DNA of 64,000 bases from Octopus vulgaris (GCA_951406725.2 OX597816.1:49662001-49726000), one strand, 5' to 3'; shown: positions 1 through 15,149, counted from the first letter of the stretch. The notes: generated from the sequence alone by a model not told the origin. Numbers and translations are program-made.

Positions 1-1936
1 TCACTTATCTAGGTTTTTTCCCTGTGGGACTGAACAAAAAATCCCTTGCTTGAATATCGGACTTAATCATTACACAAGTATTCAATCTAGAAGAGTAGTG
101 TTCACTGTGTAAGCATATAAACTAAAAATACAATTTTTGAAATAACGCATTTCTGGTAATTTACTGGACACGTCGCAAATATATATAATACGGACAGAGA
201 AATATAGACAGATATGTAGAATTTCAACATACATAATGATAAATATAATCTAAAATTGCATTACATAAAACTAAATTTAAAATAAAATGGTTACCTTTTG
301 CAAACGCTGTAAAGTGTTTTAAATTATCGAAAGAATTTACAATAATTTAAGGGCTTTCAATCAGTTTATTTCCTTTATTTTTACTTCTATGCCCTTTGGT
401 AGTATGATCAATAAAAACTAATTTTCTATAGAAAGATATAAGCACGGATGAATAAAACAGTTTTCAGTTTTGCAATGTTACAGATGATTGCGCCCTAATG
501 CAATCCGGCGTACGGCGCCCTAATGGAATCCGACGTACCGCAACCAAATTTTCCTAACGAAATATCTTTGTTTACTAAATATGCATAACGTATTAGCAGT
601 ACTTTATTTTTATGAAAGTACCGTGTATATTTTGTGCAGGTGCGTTTTTCATATTGCATTTTCAATTTAAGCCTCACTTCAGTTACTTTAGTCATATGTA
701 TTTTAACAGAAAATATGTATATATAATTTAGAAATAATTATTATTGATGCTCTGAAGCACAACCTGAACGAAAGTTTTGGTTTAAAATATAATTTATACA
801 TTTTGGTGATATATTCAAAGCAAAACGTATGCTAATGTATAGCGAACTGTAATATATCTAAGGACGGGAAATGCTGCGCTAATAGCGTATATCTATTTTC
901 AAGGCGATATTTCTGGTAAAAAAACAACAACAGTATATACCAAGAAGGATATAATTATATTTCAAATGAAATATATTGATCGAAAACGCATCTTTGTGAA
1001 CAATAACACATCTGTCATGCTTAAAATATCTTTTTGTCAATCTATGAAATGATTTTTAGTAAGTGTTAAATGTTTTGTTTTTTTTCCCTTTACGTTTGAA
1101 AATATCTCTCTTGAGGAGAACTAGGATTCAAAACCTGTTACCGAGCAACGCATATCAGAAGAAATACTGTTTCTGATTTTGGTAAAAGATAACAAGCATA
1201 ATAATAATCAAATAATAATGATACACTCAAATACAAACTTACAGTTTTAATACAATCCATAAGTGAATAAAGAAAACGTTCTAACGAAATATGAGAAACT
1301 TATGTAAAATATGTTGTCAAAATTTACATCCTCTACAGCATAACATATTCATGAGTACTACTGCTACATTATGACGTTCAATCACAATTTCATTATGTAT
1401 TTCTATCAAACTGAACCATTGGAAATAACATGGCGTAACTACAAACTTACAGCGATGAGTGAACAGTCCTAGCCACTAATTCACGCATCTTACGCTTCAG
1501 TATATGGTAGCACTCAATAGATGTGTCTGGCAGACTTTAACCTTTACAAATGCTAGAATGAGCATATACTCAGGTTGCTGAATAAGCAAGGAGAACTAGA
1601 TAAGTATTTAGGAAAACAGTAAAAGGATAATTATTAAGAATAATGGTATTTGTTACAGCACATTTACTTAGGAGTAATTATACACGAAATATTTATCTGT
1701 TGGCCATCTTTGTATGGAATTTGTGTGTGCGATAGACAACCTATTTTGGGAGAGAATTTAATGATTAAATGAAATTGTTCACACTTGATTTTCTGTAGGT
1801 TTAGAAATGAAGATTTTGTTGTTAAAAGTATTAACTTGACACATATGTATCACATTTATTGAATTTGGATCAATGCGATACAGTGTGTGACCAATATGTG
1901 TTTTTGAATTTCTGAATATACTAATCTCACAAACTA

Positions 1937-2502
1937 TTGGGTTGTCCGGAAAGTTCGTGCAGATTTTTAAAGGAAATAAAAAGTTCAATAAATACTTGCC
2001 ATTACATTTTTAATCAAACAAATATTAACCATTTTGTTAGACAATGTGTCTCCATCTTTCCTTTAACTTGAAAATACCCTCTTCCCAGAATTGAGGTGGT
2101 TTCATGGCAAAGAGTACATCAAGGTATCTTTTTACCTCATCCAAGGAATTGAAAGTTTTACAATTAAGACTATTCTTCAGAGATCTGAATAAGTAGAAAT
2201 CCGAAGGAGCAATATCTGGTGAATATGGTGGGTGGAGTAACACATCCCATCCGAGCTGCAGCAATTTTTGTCTGATTCTCAAAGCATCAAGAGCCGAGAA
2301 TGAACGTTTTTATCTTCCATTTTAAAGGGTTACAGAATTAACACAGATTATATGAACATAATTCTTCTTCCATGAAAATATACCTTAAACTGTGCTCTAA
2401 ATGGAAGTGCAGTCAAATCCTATTTTATGAACTCAACCATGTTCTAAAATAAGTCGGAAGGTAAGTTACTATAAATCGGCACGAACTTTCCGGACAACCT
2501 AA
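1937..2502 (-). mobile_element. Internally deleted (non-autonomous) mariner DNA transposon
   Basis: TIRs ttgggttgtccggaaagttcgtgcagattt / aaatcggcacgaactttccggacaacctaa with TA on both flanks. The transposase start (MEDKNVH...) is fused to the C-terminus LGWDVLLHPPYSPDIAPSDFYLF (ORF 2037-2282). Confidence 0.93.
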
Positions 2503-3619
2503 TACTTCACTATTTCCTCCTAGTAAATTTCAATCACGAAGCAATAACAGACCAAGTTGCCGCAGAGCGCTCAAGTTGGCCAAGTTGCCCTAGTTGCCCA
2601 TATTGTCGCACATTTGGTCATACTGCAACTACAAATTACTATAACTACTAGATTCAGCATACTATTTCTTTATGCACAGCATGGTTCATGGGACAACTCA
2701 ACATGGAATACTCGGTGTCAAAAATCAAAATAGTTTTCCTTTGGCCAAATCGATTAAATATGAATGAAATTGTTTCACTGCATTGACACCATTGAACATT
2801 TTGAAACGATATAAATGATAAAATGTCTTTGTTTTTAACCTTTGTGACGACAGACGGTTAAGCCTAGTCTTAAGAAATGGACTAATAAATTTACAATGAC
2901 TTGAGTTGCAGAAATATTGAGATATATTGATAACAAATTAACATATAATAAAATTCTACGTAACATACATTGTCAAAGTTTCACTTGCTAATGTAATTTT
3001 CAGCAAGATTTCAGTCTTTTGTTGCTGGTTCTTAAAAGTGGAAATTCTACAGCATTTTTAAGAAATCTTCTCATACATGTTCCACTATGCGAAGGAAATT
3101 TACTACGGATATTGAAAAACTAGACACCTTGGATCTGAAGTTTCATAATAATTTAATAAACGATGTTAAATTAGCCATGTAATTGACTATGTAATATATA
3201 GTTTGAAATGTTGCAAAGGTGTGAAGATAAGGAAAACAAATAACGCATTTATTGTAATTTATTGACCACGTCACAAATATAATACGGACAGAGAAATATA
3301 CAAAGATATGTAGAATTTTAACATGCATAATGATAAATATGATCTATGATATATTTTCTATTTATATAATTTATATCATGGTTTTATTCATTTAAATACT
3401 AAGGGATATTCAGCCAAATGTTTGGTAAATCTTTATGATCATGTTATTTTATTTTATTTTGAATAAAATAATCTTTTGAATTTCCAATTACTTTTAGATA
3501 ATCTAAATTAGATATGTTTCGGCGAAAGATTGGCCCATTTCACGTTCAACTTGATAGCACCACATCATAGAATCTATTAAATCGTTTCTAAGTCAAGTGT
3601 TGTGGTATCATAGCCCATT

Positions 3620-3990
3620 GAAATAGGGAGCTGTTGTCGACCGAGATGTATGCAGGTATCGGTGGCATATCTGGTATTCCTTGAAGAAATTTGTCTCGGT
3701 TTCATTTGAAGATGATTGGATCATTTTCTTCTTTGAATTTGTTTGGAATAATGTTAAATAGAGCAGGGAATTTTGAGGAAAGAAAACGTTGTTGCAGTGA
3801 TTTCATGTACTGTGAGCCTGAAATATCTAGGGTCGTATGCGGGAGGTTCCATGAAATCAGATGTTAAGCTCGTTGGGTGCTGGTGGCGTGTTCTTCACAT
3901 TGTACAAATGATAAAACGTTACAGCGGTGCCGGAGAGAATAAAGATTCAATGTCATAAGGCGGTCCAAATAATCAAGTTCAGTCATGCCT
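3620..3990 (-). mobile_element. Degraded 3' end of a CR1/L2-group LINE ORF2
   Basis: Minus-strand translation gives LNLYSL..., PALFNIIP...FK..DKFLQGIPDMPPIPAYISVDNSSLFQW, typical of the CR1-group RT C-terminus, with stops and frameshifts. Confidence 0.6.
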
Positions 3991-4197
3991 TTAATTTTTA
4001 AGTGAATGCTCTCTGGGATGACTCAATTCTCGTAATATTTTGTTTGATGTAGGGAGACCATAGTGGGTAACAGCCCTCTTGGTGTGAACGTACATAAAAA
4101 ATAAGATGGAAATGCTAACAACATGCTCTTTGGACCGGAAAGTCCGAGGATTCAGGATCCATGTCGACTTATATATACATCTACATATGTATATGTA

Positions 4198-4286
<89 letters not shown>

Positions 4287-4287
<1 letters not shown>

Positions 4288-4483
4288 ACGGGAAAGTTTA
4301 CGAAAATAAACAAAAGACGAAGGCAGGTCGAGTTCAAACAAACAAACGTATTAGTATAGCGCTCAGGAATAGAAATAGAAAAGGTCTTTTACGTTTCGAG
4401 CCTACGCTCTTCGATAGAAAGATACACACAAAAAAACAAGGAAAGGAAAAAAATTCATGTAGGAGCTAACGATTTATCATGGC
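4287..4483 (-). mobile_element. ~200-bp (TA)n-associated short element, family B, with hammerhead-like motif at 4386-4421
   Basis: Homologous to 12453-12642 and 56489-56675. Motif cttt-CTATCGA-A-GAGC-GTAG-GCTC-GAAAC-GTA-aaag. Confidence 0.75.
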
Positions 4484-4822
4484 ATATATAAATATCGCTA
4501 CACTGCGCGCGCACACTCACACGAATATTTGGCGGATAAGATAGCGTCGTTTATGTTAACTAGGACAGATTACAAAACAACTCACAACGAATGGAACAAA
4601 TATTTATTCTCAGTCTCTTTCATCTGTTTAATTTTTTAAACTTACTCTCAATCTTTGCGAATCCTGGATTTTCAGAAAACCGTTCTGTGTATACCTAGAC
4701 GCAACCACTGTTCTCGATAGCCTCACTTCACGCGAGGAGATTACAATGAAGTCTATTGTTATACATATAGAAATACATATATGCATGTATACATATACAC
4801 ATATATAAATAAACATGTAGGC

Positions 4823-4875
<53 letters not shown>

Positions 4876-5778
4876 GTAGAATATAGAATATATAGTATAT
4901 ATACTATATATAGCATATATAGAATATATAGTAAAATGAAATGAAGTATTGATTGTCTCATTGAATAGATGAAATATTGAATACCAAATATTAAGGGACT
5001 AGTAGACTTTCTTGCATTAAAGCAGCCTTCAAGGTCACATGCTGTGACAGGAATGTTTCAACTGTTTATATATTCCTCTATACACTATCATAGAAATCCC
5101 TTTTTATTTATCTATATATATATATATTGTGTGTGTCTGTGTGTATATGAGTGTGTGCGCGCGTGCGTGTGTGTGTATGTGTGTGTTTGTTAGTGTGTGT
5201 GAGTGTGTGTGTTAGTGTGTGTGAGTGTGTGTATGTGTAGAAAGGAACAGATATCTAATTATGCACAAACATACATTGAAATACATACACTCCCCAAGAC
5301 ACATATATTGTGCATCAGGTGGTTTCCTGTCGTTCTGTTCTAAAAATTTACTTATTTGATGAACTGAATTATATTTTATGAATTTAACTAGTAAGTGTAT
5401 GAATATTATACGGCTGAATGTGCATTTAATACAATTCTCTTGTCTGACACACTAAGCGATTAGGCTGTAAATACTATATTGGAGGTGAAATCTATCCTAT
5501 ACTTTTTTAAACAATTACCTTCTGCATAATTTCCTTTAAAAGTAACGAACCGTTTCGCGACTACAGAAAATGGCATTTCTCCAAGATATGAGGCATAACA
5601 ATCGAAAGTGAAACTTTTTATAAATTCGGCCTTCTTGCTCCTCGATGCATACATTTCATTTCATCCATTTATATTATGTATAGATATGTGCGTGTAAGGG
5701 CATATGTACATACATATACATACATATACAGCGACACAGACACACACAAACACACACATATATATATATATATATATA

Positions 5779-6652
5779 CATGGTGCAATGATTAAACTGT
5801 CGTCTAAATTACGAAAAGATGAAAGTAACATTGACATCTCATTATAACAGATATTTACCAAAGCTACATAAAAATAAATTGAAACGCTAAAGTGTAAATT
5901 TTTTACAATAAAATCGCCAGGTCTAGACGATTTCGGAATCTCCTGCAACTCTTCTGGACAGTCTCCTTGTGTAAGTTGGTGAATGCTGCCATAATCCTTA
6001 CATTCAGTTCCTCTTTGATCTTACAACGAGTTTTGATTGTCTCCCGCTCAAATGTTTCCAACATGTAATAATTAAGGGAAATGCAGTCTAGAGATTTAGG
6101 TGGCCAAATATTAGGGGGTGATGTTGTCGCGGAAATTGTCTGACAGTTATGACTGGACCCTCCTGCTAGTGTGGCATAGTGCAAAGTCCTGCTTCCAGAA
6201 TACGATCTCCAAACAGCCATCATCTTGACCCAGGGAAACACTACCTCCTCTAAGCGATTGATGTAGAATTCCATATTGAGTCTGAAGCCGTGTGGGAAGA
6301 TGAATGGAAGGCATAATGTAGCCATCACTAGTGATCATTCCAAACACTATGATATTGCCTAGATATGTAATTTTCATCAATATCGGTATATGTTCTCAGA
6401 TTGCACATCTCTCTGATTGTCCACCCAAATACTCTGAATTGTTCGCATTGGAGCTTCCGGCGCGAATGCCAAACAGTACTACATGTCGTTTCCAAATTTC
6501 TGGCAGAATGAAATGCTTGATAGAGCTGCTTTTCTCACTGACAGTGCCCAACTGACACTACTATGCTGTGTAGTCGACAAATTAAAAAAGAAACAATGCG
6601 TATGCCCGAAGATAAAAATATAATGTGGTGACAATTTACCCATCGCAGCCTG
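5779..6652 (-). mobile_element. Degenerate Tc1/mariner-superfamily (maT/DD37D-like) transposon
   Basis: Imperfect TIRs catggtgcaatgattaaactgtc / gacaatttacccatcgcagcctg with TA flanks. Transposase remnants IIVFGMITSDG, VFWKQD and PNIWPPKSLDCISLNYY (the WPPxSPDxNPLDY motif). Confidence 0.8.
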
Positions 6653-6817
6653 TATACACACACACACACACGCGCGCGCAATCAAACAACACACACACAC
6701 ATATATATCTTTACACACACGTACTCAGACACAAACACACACACTTAGACACAAACACTAACACACATGAGTGTGTATATTATATACGTACGTGTATGTA
6801 CACATATATACGCATTC

Positions 6818-7010
6818 ATTTTTCTCACTTGTTTCAGTCATTTGACTGCGGCCATGCTGGAGTACCGCCTCTAGTGGAACAAATCAACCCCGGGACATAT
6901 ATCCTTTGTAAGCCTAGAACACATATCAATCTTTCTGCCGAATCGCTAATTTACGAAGGCGTAAACCTACTAACATCGGTTGTCAAGCGATGATGGGGGA
7001 GGACAAACCC
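6818..7010 (-). mobile_element. SINE family A, 3' half
   Basis: Matches cttgtttcagtcatttgactgcggccatgctggag...catcggttgtcaagcgatg of the full copy at 21950-22336. Confidence 0.85.
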
Positions 7011-7071
7011 AGACACAAATACACACACCACGCACACAAACATACACACCCAAACACACACACGCACAAAC

Positions 7072-7233
<162 letters not shown>

Positions 7234-7395
7234 GTAGATTAAGCGGTTGGCATAACCGTCTTAGGGACAAGAATATCTGTTAATACTACCGGTATAAATT
7301 ACCCGTTTTAACCCTAGGCATTGTAATGCAAGCATACTATGCTCATAGGATACAGGCAATAACGAAATAAAGAAGAGTTTATCAGGAATCAAATC

Positions 7396-8004
7396 TAAAT
7401 TAAGCAGAAAATGGTGAAATTTTTGATAAAAAATTTGACCATCGGTTATTATTTGTTTAAATACAAAACTTTAACATTGCTAACAGCCGTTTCTGCTACT
7501 TAAGTCAGTCGGCGCCGCCAAAGAAAATTATGAGAATATTATTCGTCATAATTTATAGCACATCCGATCCGGTATAAGGAGCTTCATCAGAGTGAAACTA
7601 ATACATAAAATAAAGGAAATAATACATAAAATAAAGAACAGGGCCTCGAGATGAGGAAAGAAGTCTTATTAAATTATAATCATACCATGTTTCAGTGTAA
7701 GGCTTGGAGACGGTGATCAAAAAGATAAAGTCTTCTTTCCTCATCTCCAGGACCTGTTCTTTCCTATTTCCTCTTCTTTCCTTTATTTTATATATTAGTT
7801 TCTGTTCTGATGAACCTCCATTTACCAGATCGGATGTGCTATAAATTATGCCAAATATTATTCTCATACTTTTCTTTGGCGGCGGCGAGTGACTTAGGTA
7901 GCAGAAACGGCTGTTAGCAATGTTAAAGTTTTGTATTAAAAGCATAATAATTGATAGTATTCAATTTGTTGATCAAAAGTTTTCTCCGGTTCCTGCTTAA
8001 TTTA
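7396..8004. mobile_element. ~600-bp fold-back element / palindromic MITE
   Basis: Arms of ~280 bp are reverse complements (e.g. aactttaacattgctaacagccgtttctgctac vs gtagcagaaacggctgttagcaatgttaaagtt). Ends read taaattaagcag / ctgcttaattta, with a short central spacer. Confidence 0.85.
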
Positions 8005-8026
8005 TACATATCCCCCCCCACACACA

Positions 8027-8171
8027 CGATGGTCTTTTTCAGTTTCTGACAACCCACTCACAAGGTTTTTGTCGGCAACAAGCTATAGCAGAAGAGACGT
8101 GCATAACGTGCGACGCGGTGTGACTGATCCCGGAACCAAGTGGTTGGGAAGCAAGCTTCTTATCACACAGC
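8027..8171 (-). mobile_element. SINE family A, 5' half (diverged)
   Basis: Reverse complement of the tRNA-like head gctgtgtggtaagtagcttgc...ggttccgggttcagtccc. Confidence 0.8.
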
Positions 8172-8267
8172 TGCATATATGTATATATATGTATATATAT
8201 ATGTATATATGTATGTATGTAAATATACATATGTGTGTGTATGTATACGTAGATATGTATAGACGTA

Positions 8268-8428
8268 GGAGTGGCTGTGTGGTAAGTAGCTTGCTAACCA
8301 ACCACATGGTTCCGGGTTCAGTCCCACTGCGTGGCATCTTGGGCAAGTGTCTTCTGCTATATCCCCGGGCCGACCAATGCCTTGTGAGTGGATTTGGTAG
8401 ACGGAAACTGAAAGAAGCCTGTCGTATA
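8268..8428 (+). mobile_element. SINE family A, 5' half
   Basis: ggagtggctgtgtggtaagtagcttgc (A-box-like) ... gggttcagtccc (B-box-like) ... gacggaaactgaaagaagcctgtcg, followed by (TA)n(TG)n. Confidence 0.88.
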
Positions 8429-8432
8429 TAGG

Positions 8433-8479
<47 letters not shown>

Positions 8480-8489
8480 TTGTGATTTC

Positions 8490-8750
8490 TATTCCCGGCG
8501 AGGCATGTGTCCTTGAGCATGACACGTTATTTTCACGTTGCTCCCAAAATGTAAAATTGAGTAGCATCTGTAGTTCAGAGGGCCAGCCTCGTCACACTTT
8601 GATGTAAAGCTGAATCTCCCCGAAAACCACGTTCAGGGTAGACGTGCCTGTGGAGTGCTCAGCCACTCATGCGTTACGTTCACGAACAAGCCGTTCAGTT
8701 GATCATATCAGCTGGAACCTTCGTTGCCGTAACTGACGGAGTGATCCATA
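8490..8750 (+). mobile_element. SINE body of a different family (CORE-like tgtgtccttgagca motif)
   Basis: tgtgtccttgagcatgacac motif. A related head lies on the minus strand near 38410-38525. Confidence 0.5.
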
Positions 8751-8809
8751 TAACATAGGTAACATCCTCTATCCTCTATCTGAGTGGGTATGGCACATGC
8801 AATGAAGTA

Positions 8810-8860
<51 letters not shown>

Positions 8861-8871
<11 letters not shown>

Positions 8872-9135
8872 TTAGAGACAAAACCACTATTATGCAAATC
8901 AAACAAAGAAAGACTTAATCCAATACATAAAAAAATTTATGTAAATTAAATATAATTAAGTGGATATCTTAATTATATTTAATTTATATAAATTTTTTTA
9001 TGTATTGGTTTAAGTCTTTCTTTGTTTGATTTGCATAATAGTGGTTTTGTCTCTAATTAATATTATATTATATTTTACTATAAAATTGGATTCAATCCTA
9101 AATCTGATTTTTCCCTGTAAATTTGGATTTATTCC

Positions 9136-9140
<5 letters not shown>
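8861..9140. repeat. Fold-back element family D: 100-bp arms, 7-nt loop, ~70-bp fixed tail
   Basis: 8861-8960 is the reverse complement of 8968-9067 with 2 mismatches. The tail aaaattggattcaatcctaaatctgatttttccctgtaaatttggatttattccctaat is shared with 21401-21932 and 56310-56428. Confidence 0.92.
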
Positions 9141-9194
<54 letters not shown>

Positions 9195-9301
9195 TTGTGT
9201 GTGTGTATTGATATATATTTCATTAATTCTGCCTGTATGGCTGGTCTTCGATGCCATTAGCGATTGTATTTTCATAGCCCTATCACTCTCATATTTACTT
9301 G

Positions 9302-9338
<37 letters not shown>

Positions 9339-9359
9339 GTATGTATGTATGTTTGTGTG

Positions 9360-9390
<31 letters not shown>

Positions 9391-9471
9391 CTGCGCGTAT
9401 ATATATATATATATATATATACATAAACATATATGAATATACTTAATTTCATATGTATATATATATATATG

Positions 9472-9540
<69 letters not shown>

Positions 9541-9931
9541 TTATATTTAGCAGAAGTAACAGAGGAACTCTATACCCGAATGTTTTGTGTGTTGGTACCT
9601 AAGTGCGTTGGTACGTCTGCTAAATATTAATAAAAATATACATATACTCATGTTTTGAGTTCTTTTTTCTGTTTGCATCATCGATCCTCTATGTATGTAT
9701 ATAATACATATGTGTCACAATGTTAATGTCGATGGTACACATCTGTAATTTCATTCAAAATTACATCGTATAATATATCGCTCTGAAAATTGAATTTATT
9801 CGATTTTTTGTCATTGAGTATTTCGTAACATGTTGCGGAAGAAATTCTCGTATATACTTGCAATACGTATATATACGTATGTATACGCACGAACATACGC
9901 ATATATAAATGCACACTTGTATATATGTATG

Positions 9932-9966
<35 letters not shown>

Positions 9967-9980
9967 ATATATATACATAC

Positions 9981-10018
<38 letters not shown>

Positions 10019-10939
10019 TTACATATATATATGTTTGTATATATATTGATATATGTATATATATATTTATAAATGTCTCTGTCTGTCTCTCTCTCTATAT
10101 AGATGTATGTTTGTGTATGTGTGTGTGTTTATACACATATATGCATATACGTGTATGTCGTTTTCGCATGTGTATATAAGCACATGTATGTATTACATGT
10201 TTGTGTGCATGTTTGCATATGTGTATGACAGCAGTAAGAAATCAATTTGTTATGAATGTATCCTGGAGAAATTTGAACACATTTGTGTTTACGAAAAACC
10301 TACAACGAATTCGTATTATCAAGACCAATGCTTGGCAAATATCCACACAGAACTTAAAATTTCCTAAACGTAGTAGATATTCTATCAACAAGCGTTTAGT
10401 TTTTGTGTGGCAGTTGACTTTATTCATGCTAACTCTACGAGCACAAACTGTATACATCAGGCGCCTTTTCTGACATTTTTATTACTAACTGTTGCAAGAA
10501 ACCGACATAAATCTATTTGGCACCAATGTATATTTTTCTTGAATAACAGAAACAATAAATATTCATGATATAATTACATCCGACTCAATGTACAAACTAG
10601 GGAAGAAAACTAGTGAAGAACAAACAATTTAAATCTAAGATCAAATAACATTATTGTTGCATTGTTTAGAATATTATGGAATACAACGTCCCCTGACAGA
10701 TATACTTACAAACACACCTAAACGTATCCATACGCATGCATTATCCAATCAATCAAACTATACGTATATGTGTGTCTGTTTATGTTTGTGCGCGTGTGTA
10801 TGTGTGTGTGTGTATCCCATATCCACAGACACACAGGTATGCAGAAACGCATATTTATTCGTATGGACTTGCTAGTGTGCGTATATTTTGTGCTTGTATG
10901 CGTAGATTTAGATACATTGAAAAAGTATTGATCTATCTT

Positions 10940-10989
<50 letters not shown>

Positions 10990-10994
10990 TACTA

Positions 10995-11385
10995 TTTTAC
11001 TCTTCTACGCGTTTTAGTCATTTGACTGAGGCGATGCTGGAGTACCGCTTTTGTCGAATAAAATCGACTTCAGAACTCATTATTTGTAGGCCTTATTCTA
11101 TCGGGCGCCTTTGCCGAAACGCTAAGTTTCAGGGACATAAACACACAAGCATCGGCTGTCAAGCGATGGTAGGGAAACACAGACAGAAAGACATACGCAC
11201 ATAAATATATATATATACATATATACTCGACGGCTCGACGGGATGCTTTCAGTTTCCATCAACGAAATTCACTCACAAGATTTTGGTCAGCCTGAGACTA
11301 TAGTAGAAGACATTTGTAGAATGTACCACGCAGTGGGACTAAACCCGGAACCATGTGGTTGGGAAGCAAGCTTCTTACCACACAG
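10995..11385 (-). mobile_element. SINE family A, full length, diverged
   Basis: Both halves and the internal microsatellite are present. Confidence 0.85.
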
Positions 11386-11711
11386 TGTGTGTGTGTATGT
11401 GTGTGTGTGTGTAATGTAACATCACAAATTAGTTCTATAAATTTGTTATCTCACTTTCACTCAGTCATTACGGATTCCGAAGGTAAAGTCATGTGACTTG
11501 TGGAAACGCGCGTAGCGATGTACTAAATATTTAAAAATTGCATCCTAGAATTATTGTTATTATTATATCTATCCTACATAGGTATAACCATGATGCAACC
11601 CCGAAAAACTGACTCAGTAAGAATCGTTAGACGACAGCTGGCATAATGAAATCGTAGATTTATTTGTATTTCCTTAACGCTACCATAAACGAATTTCAAA
11701 TATATATTGGA

Positions 11712-12372
<661 letters not shown>

Positions 12373-12452
12373 GTGTGTGTATATATATATATTATATTGA
12401 TTAATAAAATCTCTCGTATCTTCCATATTCTGTCTCTCATTAACCTTCAGAC

Positions 12453-12638
12453 GCCATGATAGATCGTTAGCTACTACACACATTTTTTTCTCTCCTTGTT
12501 TTTTCTGTGTACCTTTGTGTAGAAGAGGGTAGGCTCGAAACGTAAAAGACTTTTTTCTATTCCTGAGTGCTATACTAATACATCTGTTAGTTTGTACACC
12601 ACCTGCCTTCGTCTTTTGTTTATTTTCGTAAACTTTCC

Positions 12639-12642
<4 letters not shown>
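12453..12642 (+). mobile_element. Family B short element with hammerhead-like motif at 12513-12548
   Basis: gccatgatagatcgttagc...cttt-GTGTAGA-A-GAGG-GTAG-GCTC-GAAAC-GTA-aaag...cgtaaactttccct, followed by (TA)n. Confidence 0.75.
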
Positions 12643-12723
<81 letters not shown>

Positions 12724-15031
12724 GATATAACAAAGCCCTAAAACCATTATCGTAGGAATTTCATTAGTTTACAGCTGTTTCCCTTATGAAATACGACGGA
12801 CTCACAGTTCAGTGACTGAATAACACCTTTCTGTTCCTAAAACCGCTCTGTACTAAGAATTTTGATTCATCGCTTGCGAGACGCGAAAGCCGCGTCTCTT
12901 TTAAATCGTGTGTATATATTTGCACACGCAAGCATACATACACACAGTTATATAATAATCGCCATCAATCAATGACTTTTCACGATAAAAGTCAGACGAT
13001 ATCTTTATTGCTAAATTCACAGAAATGTGTTTCACAATTCCTCCATTTCTATGTAGGATAAAAACAAGAAATGATTAGCCGTTAGCAATAGATATTAAAT
13101 GATTACCAACTAAGAATAAATAATCCTCCTCACACTATTATATAAATTTTATCGAGCGCTTATCGTTAGAAAATTTAGCGCAAAGAGAATAATATTTTCA
13201 AAATCTATATTAGCTGGGAATCAATGATAGTTATAAATAACAAAACACTGTACATTATCTTCACATTAGTATGCCTAATAATTGTTTTATGTTTTTGATT
13301 TGCATTTCTTAAAATAGAAATATCTGTGTTAAACAATGTGTCCGGAGGTTATACCAATGCAGCAAACAGATTAATTTCAATGAGAGCAAAAGAAAATATA
13401 TTAGAATGCTATCGAAAATATATTTAATTCTGTTAATATTTCGAGTAAAATACTCCTTTTCAAATGTGTTATGTGCTCAGTCAATAGAAAGAAAATATAG
13501 TTTAACTTCTGGGGTCTGCATGAGAGAAATTCTGTTATAAAGTGTTGAATTGAAAGAATCATTAGATTTTATAAAGATTCCGAAATCTGGTGATGTATCA
13601 TACACCTTGGTTTGCACATCTCATTGCGTAATCGGGTGCAATATTTCGCTTAATATTATCAGTAATGTCAATAAGAAGGAAGCATAGAGACTTTTCCTTA
13701 TGTTACATAGTCACTATTTGAATTTATTAATTCTACATCAACAGAAGGATTACCTTACTGTATCAGTATGCATATAACGTTAATTCTATTAACATTTGCT
13801 TCTCTTGAAACGGAATTGGTTCGTTGTAGAACCTGCATTTGTTTCGTATCTTTTCTTCAGTGTAAAACGTACCTCCCGTAGCATATATTGAATTAATCTT
13901 CCCAAAATTCAGAAATTTGAATTGCAAATGTTGAACCCCAACCTACCATAGAGAATAAAATAGAAATGACACCAAAATACAATTTATCATTTTGTATACA
14001 TCAATAATATAATGATGAACATCATAGCTTCATTAAATTCTTAGATACCATAATAAATAGTGAAACAACCAATCCTATGAAAAAGGAAGACAAATTATTC
14101 ATACATAATAACAAAGGCAAATGATTTTTCGGCGTTTTTATATATCGGGTAATTAAAACACTGATCGATGAGCACGATATTGTTTAGTCATTAATCTTTT
14201 GGTTATTGTTCCATGTTTCCAATTTACTTCACTGTCAACCTGATTATTCTATAGTGAATTTATATGTAGTTTAATAATTGTTGTGTATAATGTGAAATTA
14301 TATCGAAAATATTGATGTATCGATATTGGAAAAGAAGAAGTAGTGAACCTTGATTTCGTATTGATAACGTTTTCATACCTACTTCTACCCGGCGCTATAA
14401 CTAAAATATATTTTGGGTAAACGTCCATAAAACTGGTCAGATATTTATGTACACATCTGCTAACGAATTGCGAACAAAACTACTCCAGTACTTTGCTCTA
14501 ATATGGCTCTATCCAAAATGGTTAAATCAAAGTAAACGCTAAAAGAAAAATGGATTGCTAAATAATTTATACCCTCATATTGCTTTTGGTCCAGTGATAT
14601 CTTATATAAAATTGTCAGATATAATTTGTTTACAGTTATATTGGTTTATTTGCTGACCAGCAGTAAAGGCGTTCAAATAATAAACATCCTTTTGTATCAA
14701 ACGTCCTGTAAATCAATGCACACTGTTAATTTCTAACAGTCTTACATTTTGGGAGCGAATACAGTCGATTATGAAAGTGTGTATATGACAGGTGCATTAT
14801 TTTATTAATCTCAAGCGAAGTTCACATCGGTTCCATATGAATACAATACGTAAACAGCACTATCCAAATACTAAATATATTTTCTCCGACGCTATGATGA
14901 TTACACGGTTTCTGTACAATTCAAAACTTACCTAACTGGCTGCCTGCCTGCCTGCCTGCCTACCTACCTACCTACCTACCTACATACCTACCTACCTACC
15001 TACCAATCTACATACATACAAGCATATGTAT

Positions 15032-15074
<43 letters not shown>

Positions 15075-15149
15075 GAATATATATACTTCTGTTCTCAATT
15101 TAGTTTTTGTACCTCTTCTTATAAATTGAATTAGTGCATATTACGACGT

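Noticed and set aside
2551-2600. Short caagttgcc tandem repeats, and small tandem duplications at 492-535 and 49559-49590
   Set aside because: Too short to interpret. They are probably slippage products or subterminal repeats of decayed transposons.
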